Positions 25,025 to 34,557 of a stretch of 64,000 bases of DNA are shown here, one piece after another. The notes under the pieces are model-generated. The model searched no databases. It was not told the DNA's origin and saw only the letters and a program-made list of their open reading frames with translations. This DNA is from Patescibacteria group bacterium. GTDB taxonomy: Bacteria > Patescibacteriota > Patescibacteriia > Patescibacteriales > UBA12465. A program made the translations under genes and the position numbers. The stretch spans positions 485,883 to 549,882 of the forward strand of contig JBAZJK010000001.1 of NCBI GenBank assembly GCA_041651355.1, written 5' to 3'. Position 1 is the first letter of the stretch; every line of letters starts with the position of its first letter.

Positions 25025-27028
25025 TTAATTACCGACTTGGCCGGAATTATTCAGATTAGCGATATCGTCATCTTCAAGCTTAGTAGTCTTAGCTGAAATA
25101 AGCTTAGTAATCTGCCCCTGGGTTTCAATATCCAAGGCTTCAGCGGTCGTGCCGGGGCTAAGGATTAATATCTTATCCAAATCATCATTTCCTGGCTGGA
25201 TACTGATATTAAAAGCAGCTGAAGCGCGACGGGCTGATAGGGGCAGACGGCCTATCTCCCAAGTCAAGCGACGATTATTGGGATCATAAATTAATGACCC
25301 GGTATCTAGACTGCTCTTCTCTTCAAAATTCACATAAGCTGGCAGAGTTACCGATACCTTGCTCCCGCTCAATTCGTGCAAAGAATTGCTCACCGTCCAA
25401 TAAACCCGGAAGCTAGTTTTAGCGCCGACTTTAGGGGGTAAGGGTCCGCTGCCGACCGGGATATTGTTCTCATCAAAATAGCGTATCTGCTCTGACAAGT
25501 CAAAATTACTATTTAGCCTGTTAATGATGGCGTTGCTTTGGCGGTCAGAACTAGCTTCATCCGTGCCGGAACTGAGATTAAACCGCGCCTGGCTATTTAA
25601 AGATAAATCTTTACCTAAATCAGAACTTTGGAAATCCTTCAGCTTGATACTAAAGGCGATTTTTCCCGACTGGCCAGGATCCAACGCGCTTAAAGCCGGC
25701 AACTGTTCTTTGGTCCAGACTAAGCCGGCGCCGCTCTTCTGCCCCCTTTGCTCATCCTGCAAGCTCGACCAATCGAAAAATTCACCCTGCAAATCGAGCC
25801 GAATGTTAACATCATTTAAAGTGGACGCTCCTAGGTTTGAATATTCTATCTCATAATTAAGGGTTTGGCCGAAATTGACCGGACTATCGGCTTTAACGCC
25901 GTTAACTGCCAAGGTGAGGTTTAAGTCGCTTTTCATGATCTGTAAATCTAAAGATTTTTCCCAGAAAATTAAGTTGCGTCCGTCGGGGGTCAGCTGCTCC
26001 AAAGCAATCATGATAGACTGCTGGTCTTCTAATTTCTCTTTGACTTGATATTTCAGGATGAGATTCTGCTTACTTGATTTTGGCACAGCGCCGCTGATCT
26101 GCCACTGGGTGCCGCTGATCTTATTAAGAGCTAGGGGCGGTGGTCCCTGGTTATCGCTGATTGGAGCGTTCTTCTCTTCGCTTTTAGCCAGATCGGTTAA
26201 ACTAATATTTTCCGGGGCGCTGATGTTTAAAAGAAAATCATTCAGATACACCTGTTCGCCAAAGTTAGTGAAGGTTAATCTGACTTCGCCTATCTGGCCG
26301 ATCAAAGCGGTATTAAGATAGTTAGCTTCGACCTCGAAACCTAGGCCGCTGATCAAGGTGTTGACACTAGTTTCCTTCTTAAATTCACTGGAAAAATTCT
26401 CTGGCGTATAGGCTAAACGGGCGTTTAAAATATTAGGAGCATCTTGCTTATTAATTAATTTCCCTTTTATCTTTAACGAATAACTTTGATTCGGACCCAA
26501 GTCAGGTAACTGCCAACTATCTTTTTGGTTACTAGCAGCCTCTGAACTTTCTATGAAGACAAAATTATCAGGATACTGGAGATTAAGGCTTATGTTCTTA
26601 AGGATAAAACGTCCGGTATTCCGATAGGCAATCTCATAGAAAAATTCTTCTCCGGACATTATTTTTTCTGGAGCCTGGATGTTAAAATCAAGGGCAGCTG
26701 AAGTGCTCCGGCGGCTGATGAAATAATACAAGCCATACACGAGAGCAAACAATAAAACTAGAGACAAAAAACGGCGCCAGAGGCGTCCCCAAACTGAACG
26801 GCGACGCCTGACCTTCAAGGTTTTGACGTCAACCAGACTGCCATCCCTGTCCCTATATATCTCCGATAAATTAGTATCTATTTCCTGGTCCCGTGCCTCT
26901 TGTTTAACCAAACGGTTGAAATTTGCCACCTCCTGCTCATTGGGTACTGGGCGCTCGATAAAGTCAGCCAGGCTAGAGCTGGATTTTTTTTGCACTTTTA
27001 GAGAAGACAGATCTTTTTTAGAAGGCAT
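25025..27028 (-). CDS. membrane-anchored surface protein with about 4 DUF11/CARDB-like beta-sandwich repeats
   Basis: One TM helix (FLSLVLLFALVYGLYYFI). A repeated pattern recurs: FxYxIxYxNxG...L.NV.L...P..F, e.g. FFYEIAYRNTGRFILKNISLNLQYPDNF and LNYEIEYSNLGASTLNDVNIRLDL. Confidence 0.5.
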   Translation of the reverse strand: MPSKKDLSSLKVQKKSSSSLADFIERPVPNEQEVANFNRLVKQEARDQEIDTNLSEIYRDRDGSLVDVKTLKVRRRRSVWGRLWRRFLSLVLLFALVYGLYYFISRRSTSAALDFNIQAPEKIMSGEEFFYEIAYRNTGRFILKNISLNLQYPDNFVFIESSEAASNQKDSWQLPDLGPNQSYSLKIKGKLINKQDAPNILNARLAYTPENFSSEFKKETSVNTLISGLGFEVEANYLNTALIGQIGEVRLTFTNFGEQVYLNDFLLNISAPENISLTDLAKSEEKNAPISDNQGPPPLALNKISGTQWQISGAVPKSSKQNLILKYQVKEKLEDQQSIMIALEQLTPDGRNLIFWEKSLDLQIMKSDLNLTLAVNGVKADSPVNFGQTLNYEIEYSNLGASTLNDVNIRLDLQGEFFDWSSLQDEQRGQKSGAGLVWTKEQLPALSALDPGQSGKIAFSIKLKDFQSSDLGKDLSLNSQARFNLSSGTDEASSDRQSNAIINRLNSNFDLSEQIRYFDENNIPVGSGPLPPKVGAKTSFRVYWTVSNSLHELSGSKVSVTLPAYVNFEEKSSLDTGSLIYDPNNRRLTWEIGRLPLSARRASAAFNISIQPGNDDLDKILILSPGTTAEALDIETQGQITKLISAKTTKLEDDDIANLNNSGQVGN

Positions 27029-27061
27029 ATGTTTAAATAGTCTTTAATATTTTAATCATGC

Positions 27062-29653
27062 TTATTCCCTATCCTGCTTCAAGATAGTCGCAAAATATTT
27101 ATCGCTATCCAAATCAAAACTTGTTTCCCAAACATAAGGTTCGTGACCGCTGGCCGCCGGATATCGCCAAACCAAAGGCCAATCCCCGCTAGCGCGCAGG
27201 TGTAGAGAAAATGCACTGGCCGCTGCACCTGCTTGTTTTTGTATTAGCAAGGAATAAGGCAAAAGGATGGCTTGCCTAGGATTCAGCCAACGGTTCAAGT
27301 CTTCTACCCAAGTATCCGCTTGCGGTCGGCTCAGAACATTAAAAGGCAAGCGGTATTTAAAGGTTAGAATTGATTCTTCTCCCGGATCGACCATAGTCCA
27401 ATTCGCAAACACGGTCTTGCCGTTCTCTTGGTAGATCTTGGTGCCGCTCGCTGGATCGACGGCAAAGATATTCTCATACTTAGCTAAGGTCGGATTTATT
27501 TCCCAATCTGCTTCGGGCTTAGAGAAATAACTAGCGTCAGGCACAGAAAAACCGCTAGCCTGAAGGAGTTGGCTGCCAGAGGGCACATAGACGCGGAGCC
27601 AATCGACGTTACGCACTCCGCTAAAAATTTCGTTCTTAACACCGGCGTGCTGACGACGGATAGTCAAAGTATTAACTACGCTGCCATCGCTTAAAATATC
27701 GCTATCTAAATCTATCGTCTCCTTGATCCGACGATCGCTTTTTTGCCCGGCGATATTCGTATTGATCACCGCTAAATAATCATAATTACTGGGTCGCATT
27801 TCACCAGCCCAATTATGGTCAGAGACGATTTTCTGCAATTTAGGATCATTAAAATAAAACAGGATCTGCTTGCCGCTTAGATTCTTTTCGCTTAAAGACA
27901 GAAGCTTAATCAGATTATCCTTATCCAGATGACTCGGTAATTCTTCCAAAATCTTAGCCATCAAGTCGCCGATTATCTTCTTTGGCTTATTGGCAGTATT
28001 CTGCTCTAAACCCTGGTTAAGGACCAAGGATGAGCTAGCCAGCAAACTGGAAGAAGCCGTGGCCGCGCCGCTAATAAAGCCTTGGTTCTTAGTTTCCACG
28101 ACAGTCTGGACGTTCTCCCAAAAGTTATCAGCATCAACCACGACGCCATATTCTTGTCTCAAGTCTATCGGACCGATGATCTTAAGCAGGTCTTCGATTA
28201 CCGTGGGGGTAAAGCTGATGACGCCATCGACAGTCGGCCCGTCGCTCTTCTCATAGAACCACATGATATTTTGGGCGCTAGTCGGCCAATCCGGCCACCA
28301 ATTACAATCCCAAAAATGCCACTGGGGATTAACCAACCAAAGAGGAGCCGGCGAGACGATCTTTTTTTTCAAACCAGCCTCGGTGTCATAGGAGCCGCCG
28401 CCGGGAACTTCCAGATTCTTTATCTTGCCATCCCTAATATCAACTAAGGCATAGCTGCCCAAAAAACCGCCGCTAGCCCTGAGTTCGGTGTTATTTTGAA
28501 AAACCAATAAATATCGCTTATCCTGGTTCAGACCCAAGAATTCATGCAAAGACCGCAGCGAGGAAATAAATGACCCCAGGCCCCGCGAAAGATCTTGGAC
28601 CTGCTGATTGAGATTAGCGAATTCTGCTTGATACTCGGGGGGCAGATTGCTGATTTTGACCGCGGATAAGTTCTGACTGACTTGTTTTAAGTCACGCTCG
28701 GCTAAGCCGCCGTAATAGGAAAAATTTTCCAATATTTTCGCAATGTCTTGCTGAGGGTTATTGAATAAGCTATCAAGCGCCAAGCTGAGGTTCTTACCTA
28801 AGCTAGCGGCCGCGCTACCGGCGGCTAAGAGCTTCTTGCTTTCCGCCGCCATTTTGATTTCTGGATTCGAAGAAAGAGAAGCTAAGGATAATAAAGAATT
28901 ATTAATCTTCTCCGCTTCGGACTGGGCGGCGAGGAATTTCTGGCCAGCGGCACTGAACTCTGAATTAGCGCCGGACCAATCCAGGCTAGCGGCTCGGTCG
29001 GCTCCGGCCAAGAAACTGCTAACTCCGGATTGAGAACGGGATAATATCCTTGATTTCAAAGCATCGAGATCGAAATAATAAGACATGACTTTGAAAGGGA
29101 CGACTAAGACTAAGAGGATGATGATAAAATAAAAAATCTCCCACCATCTTTTATTGCGGCGGACAGGATGGAACAGATGAGGCGCTACTACGATTTGGTC
29201 TTTCACTCGAGAAATACGAATATGAGGAACGCGAGAATTTAAAACTTTAAAATGCTTGGCCGCTGAGCGCAGATAAAGGTTCACGAAAGAAGAGCGATGT
29301 CGAGACCAAGGCCTCAAGAACCCTTTTCTGCGCCTGGGTAATAATCTGGATGGTAATAAATAATGGGGGACGAAATGCCGCCAAGAAAATTTTTCGGCCT
29401 GTGACTGACGCCATTCTTTAGAGCTTAAAAAATCAGGTCCTAATCTCAATTTTTTTAAAATCGAGAAATTAAACAAACTAGACGCAGATCTTCGTTTGCC
29501 TTTGTTAGCTCGGCGTTTTGACTCTGGCTGAGCTAATTGCGCCTGGACTTCGTCCTTTTTTCGAGGCGACCTTAAATCTACGACAAAACTAGAGAAATTA
29601 TTTTTCCTCCGAGGTGAATTAGAATAAATTGACCTATCATCTTGAAATTTCAT
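27062..29653 (-). CDS. DUF4012 domain-containing membrane protein
   Basis: The signature LVFQNNTELRASGGFLGSYALVDIRDGKI is typical of DUF4012. It follows a ~170-aa very basic N-terminal region and one TM helix. Confidence 0.7.
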   Translation of the reverse strand: MKFQDDRSIYSNSPRRKNNFSSFVVDLRSPRKKDEVQAQLAQPESKRRANKGKRRSASSLFNFSILKKLRLGPDFLSSKEWRQSQAEKFSWRHFVPHYLLPSRLLPRRRKGFLRPWSRHRSSFVNLYLRSAAKHFKVLNSRVPHIRISRVKDQIVVAPHLFHPVRRNKRWWEIFYFIIILLVLVVPFKVMSYYFDLDALKSRILSRSQSGVSSFLAGADRAASLDWSGANSEFSAAGQKFLAAQSEAEKINNSLLSLASLSSNPEIKMAAESKKLLAAGSAAASLGKNLSLALDSLFNNPQQDIAKILENFSYYGGLAERDLKQVSQNLSAVKISNLPPEYQAEFANLNQQVQDLSRGLGSFISSLRSLHEFLGLNQDKRYLLVFQNNTELRASGGFLGSYALVDIRDGKIKNLEVPGGGSYDTEAGLKKKIVSPAPLWLVNPQWHFWDCNWWPDWPTSAQNIMWFYEKSDGPTVDGVISFTPTVIEDLLKIIGPIDLRQEYGVVVDADNFWENVQTVVETKNQGFISGAATASSSLLASSSLVLNQGLEQNTANKPKKIIGDLMAKILEELPSHLDKDNLIKLLSLSEKNLSGKQILFYFNDPKLQKIVSDHNWAGEMRPSNYDYLAVINTNIAGQKSDRRIKETIDLDSDILSDGSVVNTLTIRRQHAGVKNEIFSGVRNVDWLRVYVPSGSQLLQASGFSVPDASYFSKPEADWEINPTLAKYENIFAVDPASGTKIYQENGKTVFANWTMVDPGEESILTFKYRLPFNVLSRPQADTWVEDLNRWLNPRQAILLPYSLLIQKQAGAAASAFSLHLRASGDWPLVWRYPAASGHEPYVWETSFDLDSDKYFATILKQDRE

Positions 29654-29657
29654 GCCT

Positions 29658-30866
29658 TTAATGGATCTTTAGACTGCGCTTATAAACATCCAGGGTTTCT
29701 CGGGCGCACTCCCACCAATTATACAGCTTGGCTTGCTGATAACCCTTCTCTATCAAAGACTGGCGTAATCCCTGATTATCCAGAATAATTTTGGCTTTAG
29801 CGATAAAATCTTCTTCCTGATAAGGGTTAAAATAAAGGGCTGCTTCCCCTAAGACTTCGGGCAGACTGGATTGATTTGAGCTCAGGACTGGACATCCTTT
29901 AGCCATCGCTTCCAAGGGCGGTAAACCGAAACCCTCATAAAATGAGGGAAAAACATAAGCCGCGGCTCTCTGATATATGATTTCTAATTGCCTATCAGGC
30001 ACGTAACCGGGAAAAATTACCGGGCTGTTAATATTATTCGCCTGCCACAGATTATGGCTGCTAGCATATTCTTTGATTCGCCGATAAAAATAATCGTCTT
30101 TACCCACCAAAACTAGGCGCAAATCCGGCTTGTCTTTTCTGAGCTCCATAAACACCCGGATAAGAGATTCTAGGTTCTTATGGGGATAGGCATTACCAAC
30201 GTATAATAGGAATTGACGACTGATATTATATTTAGCCAGAACTTCTTGGTCGGCCATTTTAGCTACAAACAAAGAATCGTGGCCATGGCTCAGATTAGCT
30301 ACGCCCTCATAAGTCACAGTAATCTTAGAAGCTTTGACTTTGAATTTATCGATAATGTCATTTTTAGTAAACTGGGAAACCGTAATTATCTGACGAGCCC
30401 GCTTGATAGCTGCTAAGATGACCAGGCGATAGGCGATATTTTTCAGAAAGTACATCAGGGGTGATAAAGTGCTGGCCCGACGGGTAGGAAACTTGGTTAG
30501 AATTAAATCATGGATGGTGACGATAAAAGGCTTAGGGGTTAAGATCGGCACGTTAAAATGAGGAAAATGAATAAGGTCTACCTTTTCTTTAGTTAAGCGC
30601 CAAGGAAACAATATCTGCTCGGCCAAAGAATACCAACGGAAATTAAGTTTTATTTTCTTAACCAAGGGGTCATCGCTTAAGAATTCATCAAAATTGTCAG
30701 GACTTAGAAAAATTATAAATTCAAAAGGCCTCGACTCATCCGCCTGGCTGATCTTTATGATATTATCGACTATCTCTTGAGTATATCGCCCCAAGCCTTT
30801 GCCCAGGGGGCCATAGAACCGGGCATCAACAGCCAACCTTATTTTTTTCTGCTCTGGTGCCGGCAT
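29658..30866 (-). CDS. glycosyltransferase family 4 (GT-B)
   Basis: EGFGLPPLEAMAKGCPVLSSNQSSLPEV (E-x7-E region). Confidence 0.8.
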   Translation of the reverse strand: MPAPEQKKIRLAVDARFYGPLGKGLGRYTQEIVDNIIKISQADESRPFEFIIFLSPDNFDEFLSDDPLVKKIKLNFRWYSLAEQILFPWRLTKEKVDLIHFPHFNVPILTPKPFIVTIHDLILTKFPTRRASTLSPLMYFLKNIAYRLVILAAIKRARQIITVSQFTKNDIIDKFKVKASKITVTYEGVANLSHGHDSLFVAKMADQEVLAKYNISRQFLLYVGNAYPHKNLESLIRVFMELRKDKPDLRLVLVGKDDYFYRRIKEYASSHNLWQANNINSPVIFPGYVPDRQLEIIYQRAAAYVFPSFYEGFGLPPLEAMAKGCPVLSSNQSSLPEVLGEAALYFNPYQEEDFIAKAKIILDNQGLRQSLIEKGYQQAKLYNWWECARETLDVYKRSLKIH

Positions 30867-30867
30867 A

Positions 30868-32409
30868 TCAAGCTGTAGGTAAATTAGGCGGCGGCGAAGC
30901 TTTCTCGATCACTGTTTTAGGCTTGGATTGAGACGGATTTTCCAGGGCTTGGCTGGACATTAAAACCTCTGGCTCCTTAATGATCATTTCTTCTTCCAGG
31001 TTTTCCAAGACTCCTGGCGCGGCTTCCGGAACTCTATCGAATAACAAATCTTGAGCATTATCGGTTATATCTTCAGAAATCGGCAAAGATGAAGGGGCGT
31101 CAGCCTTGCGGCCTGAAGCTTTTTGGATCATCGGCGCCCTCACGCTCGCTTCAATCGGGAAATGCCAGATGGTCGCTAATTCTTCGATGGTATATAAGCC
31201 AGCCTTGCGACCGCCCCAGGAATCACGGCGGATGTAATTATTTATAATCCTAGCTTTACGGGCATTCAAACGAGAATCTTTCATGAAATAAGACGTCTTA
31301 GTCATCGTATAGTTCAAATCCGGCTTAAAAGAATTTAAATCTAGAGCCGCAAACTGCTTCATATATCCCACTATGCCATTAGCTACCTTGGCTTTGTTGA
31401 TAACGTCTTTACGAGCTAAGTAAACCACTCTTACCTTAGCTTCAAAAGCCAACTTCGCGGCCTTGCGATATACGCCCTCCATCTGGTTTTTTTCTTTCGG
31501 CTTCAGATCCATCATCGTCTTTGACTTCTCTTCCTTCTTTTCCGCTTCAATATCTCCCCAAAGACTGATGATTGATTCGCTCAACCAATCAACAAAGACC
31601 ATGAATCGGTCTACGATCTTATTGCCCAAACTGACGTCTTTCTTGACTTTACCTAGTATCTTATCCGCCTCGACATCAGCTTCCTTGATCCAATCGAAGC
31701 CGGTGGGAATAACGATAATCTGGTACCATAGCTGCTCCCCGGCCCGCAAGCTACTACACAGATCCATTAAAGTGGCCATCGGATCCTTAAACTGGGTTTC
31801 CGAGGGGCCGAATTGGTGTTCGAAATCAGGATAAGTCTTAATCGGAAATATCTGGCTTGACGACTGGATAAACTCTGTTCCCCAGATATCATATTCTTCG
31901 TCCGGAAAAGTTTTGGGCGCATTATTGGTATAATCGTCCACTTCTACGATCTCAGCGTCGGGATATTGGGAATAGACCGATGACTCTACCAGATTACGGA
32001 ACTGGATAGGGGTCCGGATTAAAAACTGGGTATAGCCTTCGATACTGACGATTTCATAGCTGAAAGCTAGTTGATACTCGCCTCCGAACCATTTTTCAAA
32101 AAAACTTTGGGTCCCATGAGCGCCAGCCAGATAGGAAAACATATTCTCAACCGCTTTGGGCGATTGCTCGTTGTTAGAAGGCAAATCGATCGCCAATAAA
32201 ATAAACTTATTATTAGCTGACCATTTAAGGCGGCGGGAATAAAGCCACAAGGTCCGATTAGCTAACAAAAACATGATAGCGATCGGAATCCAGCCGATAG
32301 TAATAAAAAAATGCCAAAGCAAAAGGCCCGGTGACTGTTGGAATAAATTTTGCCAAGACACCCAATCAATCGTTAAATCCATAAGGATTGCAAAATTATT
32401 AACTCTCAT
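30868..32409 (-). CDS. hypothetical membrane protein (2 N-terminal TM helices + large soluble domain)
   Basis: 513-aa ORF. TM helices LLLWHFFITIGWIPIAIMFLL. Conserved-looking blocks LAIDLPSNNEQSPKAVENMFSYLAG and SYEIVSIEGYTQFLIRTP. Low-complexity C-terminus. No family recognised. Confidence 0.45.
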   Translation of the reverse strand: MRVNNFAILMDLTIDWVSWQNLFQQSPGLLLWHFFITIGWIPIAIMFLLANRTLWLYSRRLKWSANNKFILLAIDLPSNNEQSPKAVENMFSYLAGAHGTQSFFEKWFGGEYQLAFSYEIVSIEGYTQFLIRTPIQFRNLVESSVYSQYPDAEIVEVDDYTNNAPKTFPDEEYDIWGTEFIQSSSQIFPIKTYPDFEHQFGPSETQFKDPMATLMDLCSSLRAGEQLWYQIIVIPTGFDWIKEADVEADKILGKVKKDVSLGNKIVDRFMVFVDWLSESIISLWGDIEAEKKEEKSKTMMDLKPKEKNQMEGVYRKAAKLAFEAKVRVVYLARKDVINKAKVANGIVGYMKQFAALDLNSFKPDLNYTMTKTSYFMKDSRLNARKARIINNYIRRDSWGGRKAGLYTIEELATIWHFPIEASVRAPMIQKASGRKADAPSSLPISEDITDNAQDLLFDRVPEAAPGVLENLEEEMIIKEPEVLMSSQALENPSQSKPKTVIEKASPPPNLPTA

Positions 32410-32453
32410 ATTTTATCATGTTTTATAGAAAATAACAAAATAAAAGCGCTAAC

Positions 32454-32477
32454 AAAAAACCGTCCCTAAAGGACGGT
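32454..32477. terminator. bidirectional-type rho-independent terminator after gene 32509..33543
   Basis: AAAAAA-ACCGTCC-ctaaa-GGACGGT-TTTCTT. Confidence 0.65.
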
Positions 32478-32508
32478 TTTCTTATCTATACTTAATGAGG
32501 CAATTGAC

Positions 32509-33543
32509 TTATTTTTTCCATTCTCTTAAGCCATAAACGCCGCGGCCGACTAGGACATAGCGGTTGTCCAAAATGAGTTCATTATGGACGGTAGCAGCAT
32601 TGGCTGTTTTCTTATCGAATTTGACTTCATTAATCTTTTTGGCGATCTCGGTAAAATGCATAGGGTCACCTTGGTTCTTCAGGACTAGATAGATCTTGTC
32701 GTTGATTGTCTTGGGCTTGATCTCCTTCCAGTCAGCTAGGCCCCAATGGCCATACTTATTCTGTTCCAAGTTACGAATCGCCTGCATGAGGGAGTATAAA
32801 ATCTTATTATTATTGATAATTTCGGCTTTATCCGGAAAAATCTGGCTTTTAAACACTTTAGTGATATCTAAATCGGAATCACGTTTCAGTTTCTCCTGAT
32901 GCTTAGTATAAGCCTCTGAATTCTTCAGAAGATCCAAGAGTTCTTCAGTACTGACAGTCTTTTTCAAACCGTCAACCTTCTTTAATAAATCACTGGTAAT
33001 ATCTTCTAAATGGTTTAAATCATGATCCTTAAGACGATAAGCTGGGTTAAAATTATCCGCGTTTTCCATGGTTTCTAAATCATCTTGCAAAATACGAGAA
33101 ATAAGGAAATGAAAATGATTTTTATATATCGCGCGATTCTTCTCATAATCCGCCCCTTCAGTCTGGCCGCTTAACTCTAAGCAGATAACGGTCAAGATAT
33201 CTAATAAATAATCCTGGCGCATCAGGCCGCCGTGTTCACTCACTAAATGCTTCACCGTTTCTTTTAAAGCACCGATATGACCTTCTAAACTTTCTAGTTT
33301 TTTGATCTTCTTGATGCTGGCCGCCTCGATCTGGCGTACCCGTTCCCGAGTCAGCTTATGCATCTGACCGATCTTTTCCAAGGTTTCGCCTTCGCCACCG
33401 TCAAAACCAAAACGACGGGAAATAATGTCTTTTTCACGATCCATTAAATCAGCGAAGAGGTTACCGACAATAGTGATAGCGTTTAAACGGTTTATTTCTT
33501 CGGTTTTTTCTTCCTTAATGATTTTTTCTAATAAGTTTTCCAT
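32509..33543 (-). CDS. sigma-70 region-4 HTH + C-terminal HARE-HTH domain protein (not a complete sigma factor)
   Basis: The N-terminus ISRRFGFDGGEGETLEKIGQMHKLTRERVRQIEAASIKKIKKL matches sigma70 region 4. The C-terminus PMHFTEIAKKI...TVHNELILDNRYVLVGRGVYGLREW matches the HARE-HTH of the RNAP delta subunit. No region 2 is present. Confidence 0.7.
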   Translation of the reverse strand: MENLLEKIIKEEKTEEINRLNAITIVGNLFADLMDREKDIISRRFGFDGGEGETLEKIGQMHKLTRERVRQIEAASIKKIKKLESLEGHIGALKETVKHLVSEHGGLMRQDYLLDILTVICLELSGQTEGADYEKNRAIYKNHFHFLISRILQDDLETMENADNFNPAYRLKDHDLNHLEDITSDLLKKVDGLKKTVSTEELLDLLKNSEAYTKHQEKLKRDSDLDITKVFKSQIFPDKAEIINNNKILYSLMQAIRNLEQNKYGHWGLADWKEIKPKTINDKIYLVLKNQGDPMHFTEIAKKINEVKFDKKTANAATVHNELILDNRYVLVGRGVYGLREWKK

Positions 33544-33620
33544 AAAAGGAAAAATATAGCCTTGACTATATTTAATTAAAATTTGATTTAGAGTAATCTC
33601 AATCTATCATAATATTTTAT

Positions 33621-33644
33621 ATTAGTCAAGCATAATTGACTAAT
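33621..33644. repeat. perfect 9-bp inverted repeat upstream of the sigma-r4/HARE-HTH gene
   Basis: ATTAGTCAA-gcataa-TTGACTAAT. Further TTGACTA copies occur near 33559 and 33655. Confidence 0.5.
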
Positions 33645-33658
33645 ATAAGCTATTTTGA

Positions 33659-34555
33659 CTATTTTTTCCTATTATTAAACAAAAATCTTTCAAAAAATAT
33701 TGCCCATAAATAGCTTAAAAAGCGGAGGGATAAAATAATGATTTTGTTTTTTAAGTTTTGTTTTGACCAGTGCTTGCGCCAGATCAAGCGTTGATTTTGG
33801 AAAGACCATTGCCTTATCTGACGGCTCTTACTTTTCCGTCCCTTTATTATCCCCAAAAGGCCGGGATCGGAAACGCGAGCGCTACGGTCATGATACACTA
33901 CCGCCTCCTGAACCAGACGCGAAACTTGACCACGGCTAAAAAGCCGATAGGCTAGGTCGCAATCTTCTTTATACATGAACATCCTTTCGTCAAAATATTG
34001 GCCTTTCTCCTTAATGCTCTCCAAGGCAGACATACGGAACAGGCCAGCGGCCCCTGAGGGGCCAATAATCGACGGCTGGTCTCCTTTATCCTCTTGGCCC
34101 TGGCCATAATCAGCAAAACGTAAACCCGGTTTTAAGACCAGACCCAAGGTATCAATCCGGCCAGAATGCAAATCTAGGACTTTAGGGCTAGCCGAAGCTA
34201 AATTCAAATCTCTGTCTAAAGCACTGATTAATTCCTTGATAGCCTCTTTATCTAAAACCGTATCAGGATTTATCACCAAAAAATATTCCGCCTCTAATTC
34301 CCGAGCTCGGGCGATCAAACGATTATAGCCTTTAGAAAAACCCAAATTAGCGCGATTCCAAATAAATTCTAGCTTAGGGTCTGCGAAATTAAAAAAAACA
34401 GCGTTCGGGTTAAGCGCTGATTCGCTATTATCGCCGACCAGAACCTTATAATCTCCACCCCAAACAGACAAGGCTGATTGAAGGCTCGGCCAAAAATCCG
34501 GCAAATAACGAGCACTAGATTCGTTATAAGTTAAAAACCCGACCGCTAATTTCAT
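33659..34555 (-). CDS. glycosyltransferase family 2
   Basis: GT-A features: an N-terminal beta-strand (LAVGFLTYNES), LVINPDTVL and MYKEDCDLAYR (DxD/ED region). Confidence 0.7.
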   Translation of the reverse strand: MKLAVGFLTYNESSARYLPDFWPSLQSALSVWGGDYKVLVGDNSESALNPNAVFFNFADPKLEFIWNRANLGFSKGYNRLIARARELEAEYFLVINPDTVLDKEAIKELISALDRDLNLASASPKVLDLHSGRIDTLGLVLKPGLRFADYGQGQEDKGDQPSIIGPSGAAGLFRMSALESIKEKGQYFDERMFMYKEDCDLAYRLFSRGQVSRLVQEAVVYHDRSARVSDPGLLGIIKGRKSKSRQIRQWSFQNQRLIWRKHWSKQNLKNKIIILSLRFLSYLWAIFFERFLFNNRKK

Positions 34556-34557
34556 AG

